Origin: Chrysochromulina tobinii
Taxonomy: Eukaryota
DNA: 36,143 bases
Direction: 5' to 3'
Assembly: GCA_001275005.1 (NCBI GenBank)
Contig: JWZX01001982.1
Coordinates: 1-36,143 of the forward strand
The notes beneath the pieces are model-generated. The model was not told the origin of the DNA. It saw only the letters and a list, made by a program, of their open reading frames with translations, and searched no databases. Shown here piece by piece: positions 1 through 11,591 of the stretch; the stretch's first letter is position 1, and the number at the start of each line of letters is the position of its first letter. A program made the position numbers and the translations under genes.

Positions 1-189
1 TGACCGAGGGGAGCGGAGCCGTCCGTCGAGACGGTGGTGGAGTGAGCGTGGGGGGACCGCGAAGAAACTGAACTGAACTGAACTGAAGCTCTCCAAATTT
101 CATCCTTGTTCTCCCCATGGAAAGTTTGCGTCCCGTTTTGGGAAGAAGAAGAGTGCAACGCGAGCTCCATCCACACAGATCGGCCACCT

Positions 190-885
190 ATGAGGGCGTG
201 CACTCGAACTCCACTCCCACTCCTAGAAGGCACGTTGTACAAGGTGCACAACTCGGCACATGGCTTACATCGTGGCGGTAGCCGCTTTCTCGTCGTGGAC
301 GACTTTCACTCCACGCTCACTTACTATCAGGGCACTAAGGCATATGATGCAGAGAGGCCCTCGCGCTCTCTTGGCCTATCAACCGTCACCGCCGTCGACT
401 CGCTCGACGACGATTGCAGCTTCCGGATCATTGCGGCCGCCCGCACGCTCACCCTCCGCGCGCACACCAGTGCCGAGCGCGACGAGTGGGTCGAGGGCCT
501 GAGGCATAGGATCGGAGGCGCCGGCCGTCGTGCATCCTTGCCGGTGAGACCACCAAGCTTGCTGAGAACGGCTCCGCCGGAGGCGAGCGGCTCGGGGGAG
601 TTGGTGGATGCGGGGGAAATGGAAGAGCGTGTCGATGCTTTCTTCTCCCGGCGACGCGGCGAGGTGCCCGAAGAACATGATGAGCCGAAGTCGCCAGTGC
701 CCGGTGCAGACGCCGCGACAGCCGTTCACGTGACCGGTGTCGGCAGCCCACGAACCTCACCACCAGGTAGCGCTCGCCGCTTCTCCTTTGGCAGAGGCAC
801 TCTCATGTGGAAGGCAAGTGCAAGGCGCGCTGCGAGGGACCCGCCGTCGAGGTCGACCGACCGTTGGCGTGGCGTGTACGCGTAG
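190..885 (+). CDS. PH-domain protein
   Basis: From ATG 190: LEGTLYK...RFLVVD...LTYY...SFRII...RTLTLRAHTSAERDEWVEGLR is the PH-domain pattern with the C-terminal Trp helix, followed by a low-complexity tail. Confidence 0.8.
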   Translation: MRACTRTPLPLLEGTLYKVHNSAHGLHRGGSRFLVVDDFHSTLTYYQGTKAYDAERPSRSLGLSTVTAVDSLDDDCSFRIIAAARTLTLRAHTSAERDEWVEGLRHRIGGAGRRASLPVRPPSLLRTAPPEASGSGELVDAGEMEERVDAFFSRRRGEVPEEHDEPKSPVPGADAATAVHVTGVGSPRTSPPGSARRFSFGRGTLMWKASARRAARDPPSRSTDRWRGVYA

Positions 886-1345
886 TCCCGGTAGAGCGCG
901 CGTGTAGCTACAATTGTACTCGTCGAACTACCGTCGACTACGTTTTTTTCGCATTTCGGAAAATCGAACGTCGCGTACTCGTCGCGTACGGCCGCTTCGC
1001 GACGCGAAGAAACGAAAGGGGGTAATCGACGAAACGGGGCGGCCACGAGCACCGCATGCCGCAGCGGCGCGCGGCCGCGCGACGCTACTATAGCCGACAG
1101 TGTGAAACCAGCGAGTGCGCCTGACTTGAATAACGGGCCACGCATACCGAGCTACAGTCGACAGTGAGGCCCGCGAGTGTGCCTGACTTGGCACTTGCGG
1201 GCTGGTCGTCCTCCCCTCCTGCCCAACCTCTAGTCGAAGCGGTCGCCATGGCGTGCGGGACTTGACTTGACTTGACTTGACATGGCGTGCGGGGCGTGCC
1301 GTGCCGCCCTGTCCTCGTAGAACAATCGAGTAGAACCGTGCCACG

Positions 1346-3197
1346 TCAGCCCGCGGCCGCGGCCTTGGCCTCCTCTAGCTTTGCGTTCTCGGCCTTCATC
1401 ACCTTGAGATCGGCCGAGATGCGTTCGATCGCCTCCGCCGTGTTGCGAGCGGTGAGCTCCTGCACCTGAGCTTGAACCGTCCCCTCCTCGGCGTTGCAAT
1501 TGGAGATCTCCTGCACGTGCTCAACCAGCCGCCCGAAGGAATCATGCAGCGCGGCCACAGCCTTGTAGCACTGCTTGGACGACGCGTTCTTCTTCGCGTC
1601 TTGGAACACAATGTCATCTGTGGCGGCAAAGGAGCGCTGTACCGTCTCCGAGAGCCGGTTGACTTCCATTCGGCTCTCGCGGATGTCGGTCAGGATCTTT
1701 TCGATGCCCACCTTTTGCTTGCGCAGGTTGCGCACCACATCTTGAATGCGATCCGTGTAAGTCGAGCGTACCGCCCCCTTGGCCTTCGCGAGCTCCTTAT
1801 TGAGGCGTACCGAAGTTTCGTCACGCTCGGTGAGCTCGGCCACGATCACCTTCATCTCGGCACGCAGCTGCTTGACTTGCGCCATCTTGAGCACCGACCC
1901 CTCCCGGCGCTTCTCGCGTACCCGCTGCGCATCCCTGATCCGCTGCAACAGCGGCGCGCGGTGCGCCTCCCACTCCTCTGCCAATTGCATCAGAGCCGCA
2001 GCTGTCGTCGCGGAGGCCTTCGTCAGGCGCGACCGGGATCCCTCGGGATCCGTCGCGAGCTCGAGTGCCTTGGCGCGCGACGCGTGCGCCGCGCCGCGCT
2101 TCGCCGCCTCTGCCGCCTCGCGCGCCACTTCCGCCTGTAACTGACGGATCGTGCCCGTCAGGGCCGCCTCGGCCTCCACGGCAGCCTCGTGTGTCCGCCT
2201 CTGCTCGTCGATGGCACGGCTGATGCTCTCGAGCTCCTCGCGCACCTGCGGCAGAGGGGATGGGGGGGGGAGGGGAGGGGGCGGGGCACATTGGAGATAG
2301 GGGGTGGGCCTCGAACAGGGAACAGGTGGGCCAGGGGCTTCAATCAAGGGGAGGTCTCTGGTCTTGAGGCCTCCTTGTCGACTTCGTCACCTGCAGGAGC
2401 TTGTCACGTTCCGCGCGCTCGGCGCGCTGGGCGGCCGTCTCGGTCGCAGCTGCCTCCGACGACACCGCCTCGGTCGCCACCGACGACTCATGACTGAACA
2501 TCGCCGCGTGCGCCACCAGTCCGCCCTTCGATCCAATGATGCTGATGCCTGCGACCGCGGGCCACACCCACTCGGCCCTGCCGAAGCCGCCTTCCTTGGC
2601 GTTGGAGGCGCCACCCTTGCCGCCGGTCAGCCGCGCCTCGGCGGCCGCCTGCCGCTCTGCCTTGCGCGCCGCCGCGAGCGCCGAGGCCGCGAGTGCAGTG
2701 CGCAGGTGTGACGCGCGCTCGGGCTCGATGGGCTTCCGTGCACTCCATGCGGGTGGCGCCCACGGCTGCTCGAGGCCGCGCACGAGCGCCTGACGAAGCT
2801 GCTCGTCAAAGCTCAGCACGCTCAACCCACCCATGTCCCCTTCGCCGTCACCATCCGCCTTTGGCATCTGGTCGATCAGGAAGAGCAGCATGTTGCGCGT
2901 CTCCTTCTCCGACGGGTAGAGGAACTGGTTGAAGCCGATCTCGCCATCAAAGCCGTTGGCAGTGATGGCCGCGGCGAGCGCGGTGCACGCGCGGAACCGT
3001 GCGCCCGGGTTGCGCGGCAGCTTCACGGGCAGCCGCTCCACTTCACCCTTCTCCTGCGCAATCGCATTCAGACAGGTCGCACACGCTGCCACGAGCACCT
3101 CGGTCTCGAAGCCGCCGAGGTTGGAGGTGCCGACGGGGATGTCGACGCCCGCCGAGCGTAGGAAGGTGATCACCATGTCATCCGTGGTCTCCGCCAT
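1346..3197 (-). CDS. CCDC22: Coiled-coil domain-containing protein 22 (CCC/Commander complex subunit), 2 exons, about 568 aa
   Basis: Exons 3197-2391 and 2245-1346, with a phase-0 GT-AG intron at 2390-2246. The N-terminus (ARFRACTALA...IGFNQFLYPSEKETRNMLLFLIDQMP) and C-terminal coiled coil (RSTYTDRIQDVVRNLRKQKVGIEKILTD...TDDIVFQDAKK) match CCDC22. Confidence 0.88.
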
Positions 3198-3419
3198 TCG
3201 CGCGACGCGGACTTCTGGTGCGCCCCACGAGCCGCGACAGTCGCAATCGCGGCGTTCCCGACAAAGCGGAAGTTGCGAAAGCGAGGCGAGTTTCTGAAAG
3301 GCGAACTGTCCTTTTCAAGGCTGTGATCATACGCTCGCTTTGTCACCGGGGCGAGCTTTCGCGCGCTGTGGAAAACTGTCGCGTCCGCGAGCGCGTCCGA
3401 GCAGCACAAGGTCGCGTCC

Positions 3420-5274
3420 ATGTCGCTCTTGCAGCCGATCCCCACCCCCCCGCCAGGCCCAGTATCACCTGACGTTGACGATCCTACGAGTCCCTTCGCT
3501 GCCGTGAGTTCAAGCACCGACCTCTGGGCGATGGTTCTTCAGCATGTGCCCCTGCTCGACCTACCCCGTTGTGCTTCCACCTGCCGAGCCCACCTCAGCT
3601 TAATGGAGGAGCTCACACGCCACATCACTCATCTTGGGTTGAGTCTCGCACACCGATGGGCGAAGGGCGAGCCCATCTCCTCGTCAACGCCATACGTGTG
3701 CCTGATCCCCGCTGAGAGTGCCAACGACTTTGTGCGTGTACTTCCGCCGCAATCGTTCGACAACTACGTCAGCATCTACGATGGGCGTGGGCTCGTGCGG
3801 CCCATCTTGCCACGGGTTACGGCGATCATGCCCCATCTCACCCATCTGTGCATCGACCTGACTCTTGGCCTGCCCGAGCAGAAGGGCCAAGGTGCCTTCC
3901 CGCCAAACGAATTCAATCCGCAGGACTCAATCGACTATATTCGTCGCTTGAACTCGGAGGTGGACCATCTGCTCGAGGGGCTGAGCTCAACTGCGCCCCA
4001 CCTTCACGCGGCCCGATCCCCGGCGGAGACTGGTCCTGAGCCCGAGGCGATCCTGCCGATGCGCACGCTCACGCACTTGGCCATCACGGCCGAGGCGGGC
4101 TGGGAGTGCAAACGTCGACGGCAGAAAGAGACTAACGAGAAGCTCGTGGGCATCTTCCTCTCGTGTGCGATCGGCTCGCAGCGCACCCTGCGGCATCTCG
4201 ATCTGACCGGCTTGGGTCCGGCGCTCATACATGGGCTTGAAGGCCTCGAGTTGCCTAATTTGGAACTCTTGCGGGTCGGTCATGAAGCTCCAGGTGTGGA
4301 AGGGAAGCCGGGGCCAGCATTTGCCTGCATGTGCTCACCACGTCGCCTCGCTCTTCCCCACAGGCCAAAGGGAAGCCGGGGAGCTCCAGCGTTTGCCTCC
4401 GAACGCGTTGTCGTTCCTTGCCAAGAGTTTCCCCACACTCACCGCACTCGATGTGGGCTATGCGAGCGTGCAAAGAGGGGTCTCCTTCGAAGAGGTCGAT
4501 CTCCTGTGCCGGCGGTGCGACCGGCTCCGCCACTTGGACCTCTCCATGGTAATGACCTACGTCGACTTCACGCCGTGCCTGCTCACCTTGAGCAAGCACG
4601 CGCCGCAGCTCGTCTCTCTCGCCATCCACGGCCTCGAGATGCAATCGTTCGCCCTCTTGGCGTTTGGCATCGGCTGCCCGCTGCTGATCCGTGTCTATTT
4701 CAGGCACTGTGAACTCGCGCCCAACGGGCTGCTCGCTTTCCTGCGCGTGGCACGCAACCTGCGCGAGATTGATCTCTCCAACGACGTCGCTGGGCACGAA
4801 GAGCCGCATGATGGCGTTCACGAGCCGTTCATCGTGCCCAACGACCTCATCAGTAACTGGCTCGACGAGGCAGCGGCCGACCCTACGAAGGGCGCCCAGC
4901 TTCGATGTGTGTACGGCACGGCCATCGGAGACACCGAAGCTGTTTCAACGCACCCGGGTACTGATACGCAAGTCAAGCTCGTGCCCGCCAAGTGGCAAAA
5001 TGTGCGGCTGCCGGATGTACGACTCGAGGGTGCCATCATGCAGGCCAGGCGAAATGACCCCAAGACGTCGAGGGATTGGTGCCTCAAGGCGCTCTACGTG
5101 AGGTCCGGGCTGTTCCGGCTCTTCCACAACATTGGCGAGGACCATATGCACCCCGGCTCGCGCGCCGGTGGCGAGCAGCTGCAGCCCTGGAGTGGCAAGC
5201 GGATGGTGGCCCCATGGCACCTCCTCTATAACATCGCCGAGGGAATGAATGAGCATGCTCAGCAGAGGGGCTGA
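3420..5274 (+). CDS. F-box and leucine-rich repeat protein, 2 exons
   Basis: F-box-like DLWAMVLQHVPLLDLPRCASTCR, and LRR units LRHLDLTG, LTALDVGY, LRHLDLSM, LREIDLSN. A 70-nt GT-AG intron (4294-4363) joins ORFs 3420-4712 and 4231-5274 in frame. Confidence 0.8.
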
Positions 5275-6022
5275 GCCCTAGCCTAACCCCTATACGCCAG
5301 GGCTCAGTAGGGGATCCGGCCGAAAGTTCGATGCAAGCACGATGCACCCCTCCATGGAGCATCTGGTCCAGTCCTGTACGGTGTCCGCTCCGTGTAGGGA
5401 AGTGTAGGGTTAATGTTCGTGCTCCATGTCGTGCTCGTCGCCGCGACGTCGTCGGGGTTGTCCGGGTCTCCGGGTGCGTGAGAGGTGAGTGATGAGTTCT
5501 TGTCCGCTCGTCACCACTCACCGGCAGCGTCACGACCCCGCCCCAAGGCCAAGCACGGTTCCAGATTCCAGTTGGCGCGGGCCGGCGGGTGCCGGCTTTG
5601 ACCGCTCGACGAAGGGGGAGTGTGTGTGTATAAGTGCTAAGTGGCTGCCCACAACCCTACACCTGTTAGAGACGATACTCGATATTGAAAATGTAACGTG
5701 TAAGGTTGGAGAGCCGGGGTGCCTGTGGGTCATCCATGCTGTCAGCTTTTTCAGTTACTCGTACTTACTCGTACAGCACATGCGATGTTCAAACCACGCC
5801 ACAGCAGCGAGGTACATTGTAACCCGAGAGGCACGAGCGGGCGAGGCAAAGGCGAGGCACCCGCGCAGCCGCGCTTGCGGGCTTGGAGGTTGCAGGTTCG
5901 CGCGCGTGTACCAGGAAACCAGGGACAAGTGCCCACCTCACGCCCCGCGCGCGGCCCACGGGCACTTCACAGACGTTGCTCAAAACGTTTCACAGAGGGC
6001 TTCCAAAAGTTGGAAAGTCAAT

Positions 6023-9000
6023 CCGTTACATAAAAACTTGCAAACCCCCAAAGTTTTCGGACAGGTAAAAGTCAATGCCAATGGTGCTGGACGTGAGTTC
6101 GGCAATCCCTCGTGCGGGCGCGCATTACCCAATGCCCTCGTCGAGCCCGATGGCCTGCTTCGCCCGCTGCTTCGCACGCCCATACCACGCTGCTCGGGGC
6201 CTCGGGAGACAGGCGTTGCGGCAGCCTCGACTGCGCGCCGTGGTCGCTGCGAGCGTTCTCGACGCGCCCTCGCGCCACGGCCGCCGCGGCCACCCGAGCT
6301 CCGAGGGGCGTGTGGGCGCGCTGCATGCGCGCCGCGACAGAGTGCGCGCCGCCGCCTCCCGAGCGTCACAGCGGAGCCGCGCGTGCCCCCCCCGAATGCG
6401 CAGGTGTCCGAGCGGGCAAAGGCTTGTAAAGCGCGGCGGACGCGATGAGCGACTCGATGGGCAAGGCCGTGTTCGAGGCCGCAAGGTACGGCAACGAGGC
6501 GGAGCTCACGCGGCTGATCGGCCTTGGAGGGAACGTCAACTGGCGCAATCCTGATGTGGTGCGCCGCCGCATGTGCCTCGCGTGGGCGCCCGCGTCCTCG
6601 CCGCCTCTGCTGCTTTCGCCGCCCGAGACGGCGCCAGTTCCCCAGAGCTCGCTGTACAGCGCGCTGCGGCGCTGGCTGCGCCGCCACCCCGCCGCCCCGC
6701 CGAGCTTGGCACACGCGTCCTCGTCGCATGGCGCGCGCCGCACCCCCGCGTGCTCGCCCACGCTCCTCGCGTGCTCTGGCATTCGATGACTCCGCGTGTG
6801 CTTCATTTGCCCAGCACGGAGGCACAGCTCTGATGTATGCCTCAATCAACGGGCACGAAGGGTGCGTCTGCATCCTCCTCGCGTCCGAGGCGATCGAGGT
6901 CAACGCCACGGTAAGCCTCGAGCATGCCCTCCCCCAGCACATGCGATGGATCCGCTTCCATGGTGTCATGTCATTCTTGGCCTCTCTTTTATCTTCAGGA
7001 GGTCAACCGTTGGACAGCATTGCATTACGCGGCAATCGAAGGCCGCCTCGCGATCGCCAAGCGCCTCCTCGAAGGGGGCGCCGATCCGACGCTTGGAAAC
7101 AATGTCGGCATGACGGCCCTCGACTACGCACGGCGGGAGGGCAAGAGGGCGAAGAGCGAGGTCGTGGCCCTGCTGAGCGAGCCCAGGTACGCGATGAAGA
7201 CCGAACGACGGAAGCGAACTCGAACGCAGCGGCCGCGCCACAGACAGCGCCCCGACGCACGCTCAGGCGCGCGCTCAGGCGCACTCTGGCGCACTCAGGC
7301 AGCACTCACAGGCAGCACTCAGGCAGCAATCAGGCAGCACTCACGAGCAATCACGAGCAATCAGTAGCACTCGGTCGACCCACGCCGTCGCCCCACGCCG
7401 TCGCCCTCGGAGAGGGCGCTGCTGCCACCACTGCCACTGACTGCCTTGCCAGCTTCACGATCACCCTTCGCAAGCCCTCGCGCTTCCTGATTGCATGCGA
7501 TGGCGCGCCGTGCTGGGCGCCACTGCACAGCGCCAACTGCGTGCGTTCCCCGTGCGCTTCGAAACAGGGATTGGAAGGCGGAGGCGTGCTGGAAGGCGGC
7601 GGCCAACAAGGCGAAGGCGGCCTTCGCAAGGTATGGCTCGGGGCTCGGGGTTTTCTCGCATTTCCCTCCCTCCTAACCCCTGTGATGGCCTTCTGTTCCT
7701 TCCTAAGTTGACTCCCTCCCGTGACTCATCTCGGATGGGCTGCCCCCGCTCCCTCATCCCATCCATCTCGCGCATGCAAGTGATCACCACGGCGTCTGTC
7801 TCCCTCCTCCCCTCCCCCTCTCGCTCCCATCCCTGAGGGCCACTCTAAGTGCTGTGTATCCATCCCTCTCGCGCAGGCTCGGCTTCGGCCTCGCCATTCT
7901 CTATCTCTTACATATGGCTCGCATCGCCGTGGCCCCGCCTGAGGTATCCGCCACTGCGGCATTGTACCAGGAAAGAGGGGGAGGCACGGCCCCTCGGAGC
8001 CCTCCTTTTCCTCCGTTTCCTCCGCCGCCATCACATCCGCCACCACCACCGCCATCCCCATCGCCTCCGCCATCCCCATCGCCTCCTCCTCCAACAAGGC
8101 CAATCCCATTGCCTCCTCCACCGCCTTGGCCTCCCCCACCGCGGCCATCTCCACCTTCGCCTCCACATGCACCATCACTATTCGCGCTCTTCGTCTCCGA
8201 TGACGCTGGCCTTGTTTCGGAGCAGCTAGAGGATGCGCTGCTGGTCCTCATGGTGCTGCTTGCGGTGTGCTTTTGCTGCGTGTCCTTTGCGCTCAGCTCC
8301 TCTCATGAGGTCGAGGCAACGCCGCGCAACGACCTCCCCAAGCCGGCCGTCCTCCCCGAGCCGCGCAACGGCCTCCGCGGCTACGCGCCGCTCGAAGAGA
8401 AACATGTGATACAGGTGGAGGAGGACGGCTTCGCCCTACGGGCTCTTCTGCCGGATGCCGATGCACTCTTGCTACAATCGCTCGAGGCGCTGCTCCAGAC
8501 AGAGCACCCAGAGTGGCTCGGAAAGGGCCAGGACGTGAAGAAAAAGTACGGCGAGTACGACTCGCTCAAGCTCGCGTGTGCGTGGAAGGTCGACCATCCA
8601 AGCAACCTGAAAAAGTACACGACCGGCGTGGAGCGCGTGCAGGAAGAGCTCAAGCGGCTCCAGAAGAAGGGCAAGAATGTCTCTTATGTGCCCGGCCTGC
8701 CCGTGAAGACGGATCGTGCGCGCGGCTTCACCCTCTCGCAGGCTTGCAATGAGGTCATCCTCTTGCATGGTGTCAACCCAGATCGGCTTCTAGACCTGCT
8801 GTCCACGGGCCTGAACGAGCACTTCTCAGGCACCGGCGCGGGCACCGCCTTCGGCGACGGCGTCTACCTAGCGGAGGACGCTGGCAAGACGGATCAGTAC
8901 GTCGGCCCCGACAGCGCGTACGACCCAAGCAGTGAGCTGCACAAGTGGCTGTACAGCGAAACCGTGCCCCACCCGGAAGACGTCCTCTACGTTCTCGTGG

Positions 9001-9522
9001 TGCGCGCGGCCCTCGGCTTCCCCGTGCGCACGCAGCGTACGCTGGACAATTCGAAAAAGGCAAAGACACATGACCTTCGAGCCGGACGGGTCAAATCGAT
9101 GGACGATGGTGCGCGCATCTTCCCCGTCAACTGCCGTGAGCTCTCGGCGGTGCCGGGGGTCATGCCACCAATCTTTCACCATTCGCTGATTGCCGAGCTG
9201 GGCAAGGATCTCATGCGCTACCGCGAGTTTGTTCTCTTCAACAGCAACTACGTGCACATCGACTACGTCATCGCATACCACCGCTACAATGGCGGCCAGA
9301 AGCTGCGTATGACTGACAGTCCCGTATGAGGCTCACAATCAGGCATAGCAAGTTCTGGACGCCGGCCAGCTTACGCGTGCTGGCGAGGAAGCCGGGAGCC
9401 GGGCATGCGGTCCATGGAGCCAGGGGGGGTACGGGGGGGGGCGTCTCGCGGTCGTCGCGTGTACGAGTGAATCGAATTTATCCAAAACGGAGCCGAGCTA
9501 CCCTGATCCCTGTTAGTGTTAC
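6023..9522 (+). repeat. Dispersed duplication, copy A (paralogous to 29541-34373)
   Basis: Alignable by eye from CCGTTACATA.AAACTTGCA (6023/29541) through the upstream region, exons, most introns and 3' flank to GAATCGAATTTATCC...GTGTTAC. Confidence 0.95.
6445..9329 (+). CDS. Ankyrin-repeat / TM / Pro-rich / TM / PARP-like ADP-ribosyltransferase protein, copy A (5 exons, about 637 aa)
   Basis: Predicted exons 6445-6558, 6815-6910, 6999-7186, 7568-7630 and 7877-9329. All introns are GT-AG with compatible phases (0,0,2,2), and the splice sites are conserved in copy B. Ankyrin motifs TALMYASINGHEGCV, TALHYAAIEGRLAIAKRLLEGGADP, TALDYA. TM ALLVLMVLLAVCFCCVSFAL. PARP signature LLHG...FGDGVYLAE...YREFVLF. 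Confidence 0.75.
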
Positions 9523-10741
9523 GCATAACCGCATAACGGCATAAGCGTCTTCGTCAACACGTACTTCTCGCCGTACCGTACGTCCGCTCCCGGGCGCCCT
9601 GAGCACAGGAGAGGGATTGCACCCTCACGGTCGGGTCTCCGCACCCGGCACCGTCAGGGGCGGCGGGGGTGTCGGGTGAGTCTGTATTTTAATCCGTGTA
9701 ATCTACGTGTAATCCGGCCCGTCCGCCGTCGCGCGCGTCGGCTGCTGCGCTGCTCTTGCGGCCCGTCTCGCGAACTCGCCTGTGGCGGCGCTCGCCGGGG
9801 GTCGCGACTGCGCACCACGGCGTCGGCGCCCCCCGCGGGCAGCCGGGGCGTGGGGGCGTCCGGCTTGCGTCCAGGGCGCTCCGCGCGGCCGCGGGCGGGC
9901 GCGCTGGGCGCGCTGGTCTTGCGTCTTTCCCGAACTTGCCTGACGCCTCCAAATAAAAGTTAAGTACTTAACGCGGTTAGAAATTCCTATGAGAGGGAAG
10001 AGGGAGGTGACAAACGACTAAGGCTACCCAACGGGCTACTCTCAGGTCACTCACTGGCCACATTAACAGGACCGCCGCCCCCCCCCCGCAGCTGGAGCTA
10101 TGTCTTGCGCGTTCGGAGTAACCTCGGTAAGCCGCGCTCGCGCTTACCGTTTCAAGAGTCGACGAAACCAGAGCCACCGTAGATCAGAATCATCCGCCCT
10201 TTCGATGGAGTCAGCCCAGCGTCTCTCGCCTCAGTTAATCAATCGCCCTGTCACCCTTCGCCGCACCTGTGTTCATGCATGAAGCATGATAGGGGGTACG
10301 GGGTACTAGAACGGGTACATATCATCTTGCTGTGATAGATTGTAACCGGGCATGACAGGCGTCCGCCACGGTCCACACGCCAGCCAGGCGAGGTGGTTGC
10401 ACGGTCGTCGGTCCGTACCGTGTCCGTGGGGACTACAGGTCCTGCCCGGGGTCGCATACGCGATACGGTGAGGGCGTGAGCCGTGAGGCCCGGCCACGCG
10501 CGAGACGTCAACGGGTGACGAAACTCGGTTTCATCAATGACAAAACTCGCGCGGCGGCCCAACCCACCGTCATCAGGAGGTATTCATGCTAATCAAGAAC
10601 TATGAACAACCGACTCTGACCATCATAAGACGTCTCGCCTCTCCCGTCTCGCGTCGGTCGGTGCGAGGTGTGTCCTCTTGGGTACATGTAGAGCCTCATC
10701 GACTTTCCTGACATACTACTCGTTCGCAAATCGGCATTCAG

Positions 10742-11368
10742 TCACCGCACAAAACCACTAAATCGCCTCGGTCTATTATCGCTGGAGGTACGCACATCCC
10801 CAGTTGCTCTGCCGGGACTGCTCTCGTCCGTCTCGAACTCGATCTGCGGCGCAAGGGAAGCCCAACAGACCGACTCATACTTACGCGTGAATTGCGCGGC
10901 GCGCTCCCCACCACTGACTTGCTTGGGCTGGTCTCGGACACGCGTTTGGGTTGCCGCAGCTGCGGCTGCTCTTGTTGCTGGGCGCAGCGTCGCATTCATC
11001 TGCGCCTCGAGCCTCTCAGCGACCGAGCGCCTTGCAGGTATAGCCTTACGGGTGAGCATGTCACGCCGATATTTGACGTGGCGGCCCGAGCCAGTGCCTG
11101 ATTGACGGCCAGCTCGCCAACTCGGAACCAAGCTCGTCGGAAGCTGTGCGCGCTCCTCCTCCTCCTCACTACGTGCCGCCTCTAACTCGACAAAAATCGA
11201 GCGCTGCTGCTGCGGCGCATCTGGTTGCAGCATATTGGTTGCAGGCGCCAGTGCAGCATCGGCCACACGATCGAGTGCGTCTCCAAGCCGTTGCTGGGCC
11301 CGCAGCAGGCTGCTCGGAGACGGCGCGAAGTTCGAGGCCAGCGAGAGACCGAGCCACGCTTTCAGCAT
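10742..11368 (-). CDS. Hypothetical protein
   Basis: 208-aa ATG-initiated ORF, head-to-head with the ARM gene, with no recognisable domain. A GTAAGT donor at 10884 suggests the 3' end may be spliced. Confidence 0.4.
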   Translation of the reverse strand: MLKAWLGLSLASNFAPSPSSLLRAQQRLGDALDRVADAALAPATNMLQPDAPQQQRSIFVELEAARSEEEEERAQLPTSLVPSWRAGRQSGTGSGRHVKYRRDMLTRKAIPARRSVAERLEAQMNATLRPATRAAAAAATQTRVRDQPKQVSGGERAAQFTRKYESVCWASLAPQIEFETDESSPGRATGDVRTSSDNRPRRFSGFVR

Positions 11369-11591
11369 CTTGGAAGCGAGGAGTGAAATTGATGTGTGAA
11401 ATCATGTTCTTCTCTGAAAACATTGGGCATATGCTCGCAGAGCGGGAGATTCTCGTTTCGGAAGACCCCGAATTTCGCAAGTTTTCAGGGCGACGCTTGT
11501 GTGCGCGCGGGCCAAAACAAGCTTCAGCTCGCCTCCGTCCGCGCACGCACGGTCGTGCTGGGGTGTAGGCGCGCCGCTGCCCGGAGGCAGT

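Noticed and set aside
5276..5292. Telomere-like CCCTAGCCTAACCCCTA
   Set aside because: Only 2-3 degenerate units, too short to call.
5489..6448. 319-aa ORF and the antisense ORFs over the ankyrin regions
   Set aside because: Not conserved as ORFs between the duplicated copies, and explained by high GC content.
7854..7916. Stand-alone start of the PARP ORF (GTG 7854 or ATG 7914; likewise 31611 in copy B)
   Set aside because: A conserved pyrimidine tract plus CAG acceptor (7876/31654), in phase with upstream exons in both copies, favours splicing. An independent start cannot be fully excluded without transcripts.
6023..9539. CCGTTA...TAACGG as terminal inverted repeats of a transposon carrying the ANK-PARP gene (also 29541/34402)
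   Set aside because: Only 6 bp, with no target-site duplication and no transposase. Not enough to call a mobile element.
9540..10740. Short ORFs and an imperfect hairpin (TGACGAAAC-TCG-GTTTCATCA near 10516-10536) in a 1.2-kb gap
   Set aside because: No recognisable domain, RNA gene or paired termini.
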